64,000 nucleotides of DNA, from NCBI GenBank assembly GCA_964016885.1, contig OZ024740.1:233802001-233866000 (forward strand). Reading direction: 5' to 3'. How positions within the stretch are numbered: the first letter of the stretch is position 1; each line of letters starts with the position of its first letter. This document shows, in pieces, positions 48,248 through 61,539 of the stretch. The position numbers and the translations under genes are program-made. Source of the DNA: Eledone cirrhosa. Taxonomy: Eukaryota. The notes beneath the pieces are model-generated. The model did not search any database, was not told where the DNA came from, and saw only the letters and a list, made by a program, of their open reading frames with translations.

Positions 48248-48789
48248 CGCTCTACATGGCTCAATACAATAAATGTAATCTGAGCTTTTCGAATATTAAT
48301 AATAATATTCGATTCGTTTGCAATTATGCAAACAAGCCTCATTTTTAAAGCCATGTCAGTAGAATGAGCCCCTCATTCTTGCTCTTGTGTTGTCATGTAA
48401 ACAGAACTGCAGACACTAATATTTTTATTTTTATTTGAATATGGCAAAGCCGGCCACTGATCGCTCGTATACAGGAAACTGACTGGCCAGTCTGCTGATA
48501 TGCAAATCTGGCTGATCAGTGGATCTGCTAATATGCAGTTCTGACTGATCAGCTAGTCTGCCAATATGCAAATCAGACGGATCAGTCACTGTATATTTTA
48601 GAAAATATCATATATTTTCACAAGCTCTGGCAGTTGGCAGAAACATTAGTGTCTGCAGTTCTGTTTATATGCCAACACAAGAACAAGAATGAGGGGCTCA
48701 TTCTACTGACATGGCTTTAAAAATGAGGCTGTTTGCATAATTGCAAACGAATCGAATATTATTATTAATATTCGAAAAACTCAGATTAC

Positions 48790-48793
<4 letters not shown>
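48245..48793. mobile_element. Fold-back element with 150-bp inverted arms, inserted in the (TA)n of a Helitron-like repeat
   Basis: 48270-48420 is the reverse complement of 48645-48793; internal repeats of about 33 bp. Confidence 0.75.
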
Positions 48794-48844
<51 letters not shown>

Positions 48845-48855
48845 ACAACAACACC

Positions 48856-48938
<83 letters not shown>

Positions 48939-49002
48939 CCATTCCTCTTCTCTGTCTCCTCCCCCACTCTCTATCTCTCTCTTTCAATCTACTCTCTCAC
49001 AA

Positions 49003-49051
<49 letters not shown>

Positions 49052-49327
49052 ATGAAGGAACCCGAAAAAATCCCCATATCTCGGGAACCCGTGCTTCAAT
49101 TTACGCGAAACTTGTTTATTTCCTACAAATTTCATACTTGACGACCCAATATTCTGTATTCCTTCAATGTTTCATTCGTATCACCTCAATGTTGTGCCAG
49201 TTCATTTGTTTGTTACTGCAAATCAACAGCTGTGTCTTCACTAACGCACCCTAATTGTTTTCGTTTGGAATTGATTTCTATACTAGTAGTCTGTATAAGC
49301 ATGTCTTCATTAGTATAAACCAACTGA

Positions 49328-49545
49328 GGGCGGTGGATTGGCAGTATCGGTAGAGTCGGACACCATGCTTTGCAGCATAGAGTTGCGGTCCTTTATGGTC
49401 TGAGTTCAAATCCCGCCGAGGTTAGCTTTGGCTTTCATCCTTTCAGAGTCGATGAAATAAAGTATCAGTCACTCACTGGGGTCGATTTAATCGACTTCCC
49501 CTCCCCCAAATTGCTGGCCTTGTGTCTATATAAGAAACCATTATC
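49328..49545 (+). mobile_element. SINE family A, full length
   Basis: Matches the family A consensus. Confidence 0.85.
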
Positions 49546-49630
49546 ATAATCCAACTGGTTTTGTTTCCATTGGGATTTTTGAATTTCCACCTCATCTTTT
49601 CAATTTTTACTTTCGTCTCTGCTTCTGCTA

Positions 49631-49705
49631 TTTTCTTTTTCTTTTTCTTTTTCTTTTTCTTTTTCTTTTTCTTTTTCTTTTTCTTTTTCTTTTTCTTTTT
49701 CTTTT
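49631..49705. repeat. (TTTTTC)n hexamer repeat
   Basis: Direct reading. Confidence 0.95.
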
Positions 49706-50347
49706 GTCATTTTTACAACAACGTGTTTGTTTGTCTTTGGCTAGTTTGTTTCAGGGGCCTATCATTATCTATAACATATATATATATAGAAAAACAAAGG
49801 CATGTCTGGAATGGCAATACATGGTATAACCTACCGCTCTTTACATTCTGAGTTCAAATCTCGCCGCGGGCAGCTTGGCATTTTATCCTTACGGGATTTC
49901 ATCCTTGTGCCTGAAGTAGAAAAAATTATATCAGTTAACAGTGAGTTTTGCTTTAAAATAATTATCTACCCTATCAGCTGTGATAGAGATATAGCGATAA
50001 AATGCAAACAAGTTCTTATCGTTAAAACAAATTGCACTCATAGAAAATTAGTTATCTCTTGTGAGAAGAAAAGGTAAGGTAGAGAAAGGATGAGTGATTG
50101 TTAATACTATACTCATAGTCATATAGTGTATAGGAATTTAGGCAATTCAACTGTAATGAAAGTATTTGTTATATATTTTCACACTTCATTGGGAAAGGAT
50201 GATGACTTTCTGTTCAAATTATTATTGAAGGTGAAGGCCAAAGTGGGACAAATACATACACACATACACACACGCACACACACACTCACACACGCACGCA
50301 CGTACACACACACACACACACACACACGCATATATATATATATATAT

Positions 50348-50786
50348 AACAACGAAAAGGGTGTTGTAAGATACCAGGTGGATCATAACGTACGAGAGTA
50401 CTCAATACTTAGGGTTTTAGAGTGGGTAATAGGAAAAGAGTTAGGACCCCGTGGTTCACCACTGGATAGAACTGGTCATTCCGTATAGTCAACCGTGATG
50501 TAATATTATGAAAAGCACTCGACGTTATGCAACTCAACCATCTTCGTTTATGTTAAATCGTGTTGGTGATGCGAGAACGGAGTTAATTATTATTGAGTAA
50601 AATGACAGGAGGCTGGACTGGTGAAATTCCTTCATTATTCCTTTATTATATAACTTTTATATAATAAACACTGATGATGTCATCAGGAACCTACGGAACC
50701 TGTTCATTGAAATGTGCATAGTGTTTGCTATAATAAATCTTTGAAAGAATTTCACCAGTCCAGTCTCCTGTCATGATACTTAATAA
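50348..50786. mobile_element. Composite of PLE-like tails with a fold-back and an HHR motif (50666-50726, plus strand)
   Basis: 50450-50590 matches the reverse complement of 9220-9347; 50350-50440 resembles the reverse complement of 60340-60415; inverted arms at 50585-50632 and 50743-50786. Confidence 0.65.
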
Positions 50787-50849
50787 TGTATATATATAAT
50801 AAACTTTTATTTGTACTGCCTCTCTGTTTTTGTTCCCTTCCCAGTTTTC

Positions 50850-53250
50850 ACTGTAGCCGAGATGCTGATTTTGAGTCCCAGGCCCTTTCCCTAGTCAGCC
50901 ATTTCATCCGCAGAGGTTACACCCCCTCTCTAGCCCACACCGCCCTCACCCGCGCCCGTGCTGTCCACCGCTCTACCACCCTCACCCCACGCCACCGCAT
51001 ACCCACCAACCGTCTCCCCTTCCCCATCACCTACCACCCCTCCACCATACCCCTCCATCGCACCATCCTCCGCCTCTTCCGACGCCTCCAGTCCGACCCC
51101 TTCACCTCCCACATCTTCCCAGCCCCACCACTCCCCTCCTTCAAACGCGCACGCAATCTCCGCACCCTCCTCGTCCACAGCTCCCCCCCCCCCCCCCGGT
51201 TCCTTTCCCTGTTCCAGGCCCCGCTGAAACACCTGTCCCCACATCACCAACACCACCACCTTCCAGGGTCCCAACGGCCACTCTCTCTCTGTCCGGCATG
51301 CCTTCCGCTGCACCTCCTCCAACCTAGTCTACGGACTTCGCTGCACGGAGTGCAGCGCGACTTACGTCGGACAGACTGGACGTCGCCTGGCAGACAGATT
51401 TACTGAACACCTCCGGGATATTCGTCTCGGTGGTAGTTCCCCCATCGCCCGCCACTTTGGTGCCCCTGGACATTCCGCACACCACCTCACAGTCTGTGGC
51501 CTACTCCAATGCCACGGAACACCCGCCACTCTCCTCAGAGTTGAACAACGAACCATCTTCACCCTACAGACCGACACTCCCCCCGTCCTGAACTCCCCAC
51601 CCTTATTCCTTTAGCCTTCGACCGCCCCCCTCCCCCCACACATATCCCCCACTAACACCACTAACACACCCCTCCTTTTCACCGCAAACCCCACAACTAA
51701 CAATACTAACACCTCCACCCCACATCCGACCACCCTTCCCCAACTAACATACTAACATCGCTCCCTTCTTCTTCCCCCCTCCTTATCACACGCACACACC
51801 CACCGGTACATATATACACGCGCTCACACTAAACACACACCCTACTGCCACCACTAACCCTCACCCCCACACATCCACCCTACCACCCCGCAACTAACAT
51901 CACTAACACCCCCAACCCCAAGCACACGAACACACTCACCCACTTACACCACCCACTCTACGCACAACTAACATCACTAACAACCCCCAACCCTACGCAC
52001 ACGAACACACACACCCTCTTACACCACCCACTCTACACATCCTACCACCACTGACCTCCACTCACACCCAGATTCAACCCTTTCTCCACCTCCAGTATAC
52101 TAACACCCACTAACACCCCCTTCACCACACAACACTCATCCAAACACGCACACACACACACCAGTACACTACACTCCCTCCATCGACCCCACACCCTTCT
52201 CTCCCCGCTCCACCCACACCCTTTCTCAAACACACACACATCCCACTAACACCTCTACTAATACACACACACACACCCTCCTCACTCCAACTTTCACACC
52301 TACCCATCCTCTCCCCTGTCCACCGCACCTCCGCACACACTGACACACCGACTTTCTTCACTTACCATTCTACCCTACTGCTGCTATGCCTCTCTGACCA
52401 CCTCTCCGCACACTCAGACACACAACCCTCCTCCTGCCTTGACCCTCTGACCACTTCCTGTTGCGCGCGCACTCCCACATCTCCTCTCTTCCGACCAATC
52501 TCTTCACGGATTACACGTATGTGAACCTTGATCCCGAGAATCCACCACATCCCAAGGATATTACTCAGCATTCCACCACATCCTTTTACGGAATTACCTT
52601 AACGACTCACCCGCGGACATACACCCAAAAACATTTTTTTTGCCCGCACGCCACCTACATCCACAACACGCATAAACACCACACACACACGTGTGCGTAC
52701 CACGACATATTTACACATTCAGCCTCCGGAATCCTCTCCCCCACCCCTCTATCCACACACGCACACACACTCCGACCTACACCCCACCCCACACACACCT
52801 CTTCCTGAACATGCAACCCCGTTCTTCCCCCAACTCTTACTTTCACATACACACACGCACACACACACACACACGTACACCTACACACACACACCACCTT
52901 CAGCCCTCCCCGCTCGGACACCCCGTCTCCATCTCCCCACTCCACCCGCCACCACCCCTACACGCCCCACACCCTTCCACCACCTGTTTTACTCCATGTG
53001 TATTTTTAATTTTATTTTGATCATGCCTTTATATTTAATTTCATTTGTACCGTTTCCTCTCACCCCCTTTTTTCTATATGTCTCTCCACCACTCCCCTAC
53101 ACACCCTTGGAACTCTCTTCCCACACACTTTTCACTTGAAGAAGGGCTTATGCCCGAAACGTCGTTCCCCACCACCACCCCACTCTCAAGAGCGTGAAAC
53201 TAATAAACCTTTGTTCGTACTGCCTCTCTGTTTTGTTCCCGTTCAATTTT
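50850..53250 (+). mobile_element. 5'-truncated Neptune-type PLE (RT thumb, GIY-YIG, long C/A-rich 3' UTR, minimal HHR core at 53136-53163)
   Basis: HFIRRGY...RLPFPITYHP...FKRARNLRTLLVHS; FPCSRPR; FRCTSSNLVYGLRCTECSATYVGQTGRRLADRFTEH; TTGAAGA-agggc-ttat-gccc-GAAAcgTC. Confidence 0.9.
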
Positions 53251-53254
53251 TTAC

Positions 53255-53317
<63 letters not shown>

Positions 53318-53435
53318 ACAAAAGTATGCATTGAAATAAAATCATCTCGATTTATTTATAACATAAAAGTCAAAAACAATTAGATGCGAAAATATAATCC
53401 AGAGCATACTCATGCGATATTATTATGAAAACAAT

Positions 53436-53625
53436 GGGTGGTGGATTGGCAGTATCGGTAGAGGGTCGGACGCCATGCTTTCCAGCATAGTTACGTCCCT
53501 TTGCGGTCTGAGTTCAAATCCCGTCGAGGTTAACTTTGCCTTTCATCTTTACGAGGTCGATAAAATAAAGTACCAGTAATGTACTCGGTATTTGATGGCC
53601 TTGTGCCAAAAGTAGAAACAATTAT
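53436..53625 (+). mobile_element. SINE family A, full length
   Basis: Matches the consensus; flanking direct repeat ATTATTATGAAAACAAT. Confidence 0.85.
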
Positions 53626-53819
53626 TATGAAAACAATAATTATATTTTGTAATAAATATGACCAGAAAGGAAAGGTAAGTAGACATTTTTATTTAAAATT
53701 ACAATTAAATTCTTGCCCATACCGCAGTTTTGGATCAAGAGAAAACCAATTTCCATAATCAAAATAAACCAAAGTAAAGAGATTGATCTTCATCGGCATT
53801 CACACTTCGAAATGCTGTG

Positions 53820-54300
53820 GAGTAGAGTCTGGAATTCAATGTGCCACTCAAGATAAATTTTATGGACTTCAAAAAGATTTTTGATAGAATTCACAGGGAG
53901 ACACTTTGGAAAATTTGGCAGTCTATGGCATTCCAGAAAGATTCATCAATATCTTCAAAAATATTTATCTGGATTCAAGCTGTTGCGTCAAAGCTGCAAA
54001 TGGCACCATACGTTTCTTCCAAATCCACACAGGTGTACGACAGGGCTGCATTCTGTCCCGCATACTTTTCTCACTGGCCATTGTCTTTGTCATGAGAAAA
54101 CCCATGGAAATTCAGGCTCACACTCAATACTTTGGTATCCAATAGACTGATTCTAAGAAACAGATTTTGATTTCGCCAATGATTAGCATTATTGGGGAAC
54201 AACATTGGACAGAGTTAACCAATGACAAGACCGAGGAATCTGCAGCAAAAATTGGACCAGGATTAACAGAGAAAGGACGAAAGTGATGCAAGTGGCATAT
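53820..54300 (+). mobile_element. RTE-clade LINE RT fragment
   Basis: INFMDFKKIFDRIHRETLWKI / YGIPERFINI...TGVRQGCILS..LF. Confidence 0.8.
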
Positions 54301-54481
54301 ACAGTACAACAATGAATGTATATATTAGTTTAACGCTTGATATAGCAGGAACAGAATCTTAACCTTTTAGACGTTAGTCCTTCATGGGAAAAACTGAAAA
54401 AACGGTTTTTGGAGAAAAATCACGTGTGTTCTTATATATATATATATATATATTAATTTATTTATTTATTTATGTATATAT

Positions 54482-54589
<108 letters not shown>

Positions 54590-54834
54590 TGCGTGCGTGT
54601 GTGTGTATTCGTTGGCTGAAATCATTTAGTGAATTTTATCCAGTTTTAATGATTTTATATTCGTGGAGTGTTGATCCTCATTTTTCTGATCAAAACAGTC
54701 GTCTGGGGGAGAGCAATGTAAGTAAGTGCGTATGCTTAAATATGTGCGTGAGTGAGAATGTTCGTGTGTATGTGTGCCTGGTCAAACTTATTTAGCTGCT
54801 GAAAAATGAATCGGACATGTAATTCACACACACG

Positions 54835-55292
54835 AACGCACGCGCGTATGTATAGACCTTATGCATTTCTACAGTATTTTCAGCAAACTTAAGACATAGG
54901 TTACTTATGTACTCCAGATGGTCATGGGCACTGTCATTTTTCCAGATATTGATTATAGAGCCCCCCGGCAGATAACCCCTTTAATAACTTTAACCATTTC
55001 CTTGGAGTCGACTGAAGCATTGCAGTGCAATGCAACAAAACGTCATAACTTCTGGAGTTCGCAACCGATTTTCACAAAACTTGACACATGGGCTACGTTT
55101 GTCCTACAGATGAATGTGGACTCTCAGAATTGGCACATATTGGGTAGGGGACCCCTGGGAGCAGGAACCCCCTTTTGGAAAAAGCCGATGATTTTGTAAA
55201 AGTATAGTTTTCAAAGCAGCACTGAAGTATTGACATAAATAGTATACACAACTGCTATTTAATATCCGAGCAACGCCGGGTACCTCTGCTAG
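54835..55292 (+). mobile_element. Helitron 3' fragment, near-identical to 56437-56893
   Basis: About 455-bp direct repeat ending CCGAGCAACGCCGGGTACCTCTG-CTAG|T. Confidence 0.75.
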
Positions 55293-55787
55293 TCTAATAT
55301 ATATTTGTGAAATGGGCGGTGGTTGTAATTCAGATGTGCACGGTTAAATTGTAGTAGACGTGGTCAGACTGACATGAAAATTTACACACCTATGTAAAAA
55401 GTGCCAAGGAAGCAAATAGACGAGGTTTCAAATCTCTAACTTGAAAAATGTTTTTCTTTCTCTCTGGAAGAAATCAGTCGTAGTAAGACCTAAAAAAAAT
55501 GGTTAGATACACCATGACGCACCGTGCATCACGGTGGAGTTGAAAAGCAGACTCAAAACATGGCGTTGTGTGGGGGTGGCTCGCAGCCCAATGTTCCAGG
55601 GGGAGCAAAAGAAGAAGAAGAAGAAGAAGAAGAAGAAGAAGAAGAAGAAGAAGAAGAAGAAGAAGAAGAAGAAGGTGTGAGCTGGAGTCCTATCAAATAT
55701 GTAGGTTGTGTCCTAAATTGAAGGTTTAGTAGAAACAATTCATGTATAGTTTTGTACTTTTCTTTTTGTCATTCATATATAAACAAA

Positions 55788-56893
55788 TCTACTATATAAA
55801 TTGGAAGTGGTCGGACGTTGTATATGTAGGTGTAGTCGGTTAAACGTCGAAACGGCTTGGTGGAATGCAGCGAAAATTTACACAGTTATGCAGAATGACC
55901 CGAGGAGGCGTTGGGTCGATTTTTAAGCTACAAGCTTCCATGGTTACGGAGAAAATCGACGAAACAGGAATTTCCCATTCAAATTGAACTGAGAGTAATC
56001 TGTGAACGCAGAAGTAATTATTTCGAGAAACGTTGCAAGCGAACGAAAACGGGAAGACGATATTTTGGTTCGTGAAGACGTTCCCTGGCAATGAACGGGA
56101 AAAAAGCGAGGATAATACGTCGTTATGTGGAGCGAGAAGAACAATTTCATGCAAAGACAAGACCGAGTTTATGGTATAAATGGAGTCGTTAGACTAATAT
56201 TCTATTTAAAATAACAGAGTGATTTCCAGCCCCGGAGTTTAAGAATGATGTAAATAAAATTGAAAACGAAAATGACAGAGGTTATTAAAATAGTAAAAGT
56301 AAATAGTGAAGATTTAGGCCAGTACATACGTATGCCCCGACGGACATACACATACATACCCACACACAAATACATACCTCCCCTCACACACACACATACA
56401 CACACACAAACACACACACACACACAAACACACACGACGCACGCGCGTATGTATAAACCTTATGCATTTCTACAGTATTTTCACCAAACTTAAGACATAG
56501 GTTACTTATGTACCCCGGATGGTCATGGGCACTGTCATTTTTCCAGATATTGATTATAGAGCCCCCCGGCAGATAACCCCTTTAATCCCTTTAACCATTT
56601 CCTTGGAGTCGACTGAAGCACTGCAGTGCAATGCAACAAAACGTCATAACTTCTGGAGTTCGCAACCGATTTTCACAAAACTTGAAACATGGGCTACGTT
56701 TGTCCTACAGATAAATATGAACTCTCAGAATTGGCACATATTGGGTAGGGGACACCTGGAAGCAGGAACCCCCTTTTGGAAAAAGCCTATGATTTTGTAA
56801 AAGTATAGTTTTCGAAGCAGCACTGAAGTATTGACATAAATGGTATACACAACTGCTATTTAATATCCGAGCAACGCCGGGTACCTCTGCTAG
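55788..56893 (+). mobile_element. Non-autonomous Helitron
   Basis: 5' A|TCTACTATATAAA; 3' hairpin plus CTAG|T. Confidence 0.75.
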
Positions 56894-57075
56894 TTATATA
56901 TAAACTGCATTAGGAGAAAATTAGTGACAGAAAATTAGTATGTTTATTTAAGCGATCGCTAACCGGAAGTGTTGAAATTTCAGAAATGTTAAAGAAATGA
57001 ATCTTTAAATATACAAAATATATTTAAGTAACAGCCACGAAATTTAGTAGATAAATTATGTAATATTTATTCAAA

Positions 57076-57749
57076 GGGCGGTGGATTGGCAATATCGGTA
57101 GAGGGTCGGACGCCATGCTTTGCTTTGCAGCAAAGAGTTACGGCCCTTTATGGTCTGAGTTCAAACTCCGCCGAGCTTAACTTTGCCTTTCATCCTTACG
57201 GGGGTCGATAAAATAAAGTACCAGTAATACACTGGGATAATTGCTGGCCTTGTGCCAAAAGTAGAAACAATTATTTATTCAAAATAATTGTTTCTACTTT
57301 AGGCACAAGGCCAGCAATCACCCAGTGCATTACTGGTACTTTATTTTATCGACCCCGTAAGGATGAAAGGCAAAGTCAACCTCGGCGGGATTTGAACTCA
57401 GATCATAAAGGGACGTAACTATGCTGGAAAGCATGGCGTCCGACCCTCTACCGATACTAAAATAATGCAACTTATTTTGCTAATGGGATAAAAAAAATTA
57501 TAAACCGTACGCAGTCCCGCGCTCCTTACTTTATTATAGTTTAGATATATATAGGTATATGAAGGGCGGTGGATTGGCAGTATCGGTAGAGAGTCAGACA
57601 CCATGCTTTACAGCATAGAGTTATGGTCCTTTACGGTCTGAGTTTAAATCCCGCCGAGGTTAACTTTGCTTTTCATCCTTACAGGGGCGATAAAATAAAG
57701 CACCAGTAATGCACTGGCGTAATTTCTAGCCTTGTGCCTAAAGTAGAAC

Positions 57750-57755
<6 letters not shown>
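57076..57755. mobile_element. Cluster of three family A SINEs (plus 57076-57275, minus 57285-57457, plus 57564-57755)
   Basis: Consensus matches; the first two are tail-to-tail. Confidence 0.85.
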
Positions 57756-57821
<66 letters not shown>

Positions 57822-58338
57822 CGTATAGAGTGACAGATGGTAAATTTGGTAGAACGTCGGCTAAAAGGACATTTAAGTATGTATTCTGGCTCTTTATATT
57901 CTTTCTGAATTCAAATCCCGCCAAGATCAATGTTTCATTAGTTGGTAAAATAATAAAACGGAATAGATTTAATCATTCTGACAAATTTATGGCCTAATTT
58001 AGAAATCAATATATATAATCTATATGTAAATACATAAATGCGTAGAGCTAAGAACCTGATCGTACATCCGGTTTATTACAGTAATATTAAATCCTACCAA
58101 GATACGTAAATATGTATGCACATATGAAGTATTAGAGATTTGTTTCTCATTTCCTGTATTATCCTATACTTATTTAGATGGACTCGAATAAGGAATTGAA
58201 AGCTGAGATCAGTCCTGGATTGGACCACGAAAATATGTGAGTTTCTGTGTACATACATATAATCGTATATTCATTCTCGTAAGCAATAAGCCCAAAATTT
58301 CAGGCCTTCACACATATATACATACGTTTATATACATA

Positions 58339-58472
<134 letters not shown>

Positions 58473-58554
58473 GACATATATATACAGACATATATATATA
58501 TATATAAATATATGAACCTACAGTAACAATTTCAAAAACGAACATATATATACA

Positions 58555-58614
<60 letters not shown>

Positions 58615-58627
58615 TACACATCCATAC

Positions 58628-58707
<80 letters not shown>

Positions 58708-58710
<3 letters not shown>

Positions 58711-59245
58711 TAAAAGGAAAAGAAAATGCTGACAAATTGTTCCCAGTGAAAAATAGTTTAATTAGGAATAAGTAAAAATTAGTAATAAGTATTGGTTAGT
58801 ATTCAGTTTTGGTTTTAAGTTTTTACCGGTTGCGCATTTCTAATGCTTTTCAAAAATAATTTTGAGATAGAGCGCCCGTGATGTTTGCTCTAATCAGATT
58901 AGAGTAATAAGTATTGGTTAGTATTCAGTTTTGGTTTTAAGTTTTTACCGGTTGCGCATTGCTAATGCTTTTCAAAAATAATTTTGAGATAGAGCGCCCG
59001 TGATGTTTGCTCTAATCAGATTAGAGCAAACATCACGGGCGCTCTATCTCAAAATTATTTTTGAAAAGCATTAGCAATGCGCAACCGGTAAAAACTTAAA
59101 ACCAAAACTGAATACTAACCAATACTTATTACTAATTTTTACTTATTCCTAATTAAACTATTTTTCACTGGGAACAATTTGTCAGCATTTTCTTTTCCTT
59201 TTACCAATATATCACAACTCGTGTGTTACACCTCTATTCTTTTAA
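58708..59245. mobile_element. Fold-back PLE tail (family of 21500-21710) with a tandem duplication and three variant HHRs
   Basis: About 122-bp tandem copy, then inversion near 59018; motif ttt-TTGAAAA-gcatt-agc-aatgc-GCAA-ccgg-TA-aaa at 58820-58857(-), 58942-58979(-) and 59057-59094(+). Confidence 0.8.
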
Positions 59246-59334
<89 letters not shown>

Positions 59335-59581
59335 CACACACACATATATATATGTATATATATTTAACAGATGTAATTTATGTATGTATATATGTATGCC
59401 CAGTGAAATATTCCTTCTATACATAGCTAAGTACATCAATGTTATCTAGTCTGACAGAGCAATGTAGATGGGTCATGAAAGGCCACACAGCTGTAGCAGA
59501 CGTCAGGGTTAAATGTTCCTGTTTTCAGAGCTTATCTTTCTCATTCTTTTTATGCTAGCTATGTAGTTTAGAGATTGATTG

Positions 59582-59673
<92 letters not shown>

Positions 59674-59684
59674 AAAGTTATATT

Positions 59685-60106
59685 TAAATTGTTGGGTTAC
59701 AACTAGTAAATATTTATAACTGATATAAAAGCACTCAACAAGTATTTGGAGTATATTTACGATATTAAATAAATGGAAACTATATTTATAAAACCATATT
59801 TATTTCATTATATATATTTCAGGGATATCATATTAACAATATGTTATGCCTTCCTCAGACAAAATACAATATAGACAGTTTTATAGATAAATAGATTTGA
59901 CATACCGTTCAACATCGACTTGTATTTGAAAAAGTTGATTTGGCAGTGAAAAATTGTAAACAGAAAGAAAGAAAGAGAGAAAGAGGGAAAGAAAGAAAGA
60001 AAACGAAGAAAAAGAAGAAAAAGAAGAAATGCATGCAACAAAATAGAGAGATATGATATCCCTGAAATATATATAATGAGATATAGTTTCCATTTATTTA
60101 ATATCG
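59685..60106. repeat. Fold-back element of the 13919 family
   Basis: 59760-59830 and 60053-60106 are inverted; GAAAtatataTA half-HHR. Confidence 0.65.
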
Positions 60107-60158
60107 TATATATATATATATATATATATATACATACATAATATATATATATACATAC

Positions 60159-60198
<40 letters not shown>

Positions 60199-60205
60199 TA
60201 CATAT

Positions 60206-60237
<32 letters not shown>

Positions 60238-60238
<1 letters not shown>

Positions 60239-60415
60239 GGAAAAAGTATGACCCCGACGGCAGAGCTCATGCCGTTTCGACGGCTATTTCTGGAAATAGC
60301 CGTCGCAACGGCTTGAGATCTGCCGTCGGGGTCGTACGTTTCCTATTTCCCACTCTACTACCTTAAGTATTGGGTACTCTGGTGCATCTGGTCCCTTACC
60401 ACAATTTCTTCGTTA
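60238..60415. repeat. Palindrome (60238-60344) with half-HHR GAAA-cggca-tgagctc-tgccg-TC-ggggtc, plus PLE-like tail
   Basis: Axis GACGGCTATTTC-TG-GAAATAGCCGTC. Confidence 0.8.
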
Positions 60416-60419
60416 TATA

Positions 60420-60935
60420 TATATATATATAAGTATGTATACGTACATACATATATGTATACAGACGTACAGTAGTATGTATATATATATATACATACAT
60501 GCACACATATATAGTATGTATATATATATACATAGTAGTATGTATATATATATACATACATGCTCAGCCGTTAATATGCATAAGGAAAGTATATACTTTC
60601 AGACGTTCAATCATCTGGCAGGAAGGTATACGTTACTGACGATAGCTAATACGCTTGAAACTAGTACAGCGTTCCTTTGTCAGTGTTGAACAAATGAGCA
60701 ACGATGGTTGCTAGACACTGTACGGCTTAATACGGGATGTTTGTTTACAAACACACCGAGCATTATAATAAATGTTCGGTGAATCCATACGTACATATAT
60801 ATATGTGTGTATGTATATATATATATACATACTACTGTACGTCTGTATACATATATGTATGTACGTATACATACTTATATTTAAGTAACAGCCGTACTAA
60901 GAGTGAGAAATGAAATTTCGTTTCATTTTTTCCGT
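60420..60935. repeat. Fold-back repeat family also at 1-195 and 8812-8930
   Basis: 60730-60920 is the reverse complement of 1-190; 60428-60478 is inverted relative to 60830-60880. Confidence 0.7.
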
Positions 60936-61404
60936 TTATATATATATATATATATATATAAATTTTGAGTATATGTTGGTTGTATACCAACACCTCAGTA
61001 TGCAGATTGGAGCACACACATTTTATTCGATTATTTTATTTTATTCTGTTCCTTTACCATCTTATTCCTTCTACCACTTTATCACTTTTTTTTTTTTGAG
61101 CTGACTCCAACAATAACAGCACTACGAACACAAGAATAGAGGTCACGTGTACCTAACAATAACAACATCTACAGATTGGCTTGCCTCAGAACGAATTTCT
61201 GTAGACTTTTGACTGAGGAATGTTCTAACAACTGACCAATGAGAGGAGAAGAAGCCCTTTGACGCTGAAATTCGTTTGTTTGAATTCATATGATTCCAGT
61301 TCCTCAGTGAAATAACAACCCAACCAGGAACTGGGCATCTCAGAGTATTGACAAAGTTATACACCTCAACAACATGTGTACTCGTCTCTACCACACTAAT
61401 TCGG

Positions 61405-61459
61405 ACTGCCTGAAGAGGTCACAGCCAAAGATGGCTGTCACCGAAATATATATAGCAGT
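61405..61459 (+). ncRNA. Complete type I hammerhead ribozyme motif
   Basis: actgc-CTGAAGA-ggtcacagcca-aaga-tggctgtcacc-GAAA-tatata-TA-gcagt, followed by AATAAA. Confidence 0.85.
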
Positions 61460-61539
61460 AATAAACAAAGCCAAATTTTAAACATTTGACTTATTTATTT
61501 CATTTTATATATATATATATACATACATACATGACATAT

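Noticed and set aside
54918-56800. Duplicated 93-aa ORF (MVMGTVIFPD...)
   Set aside because: Interior of a repeated non-autonomous Helitron; no protein motif recognised
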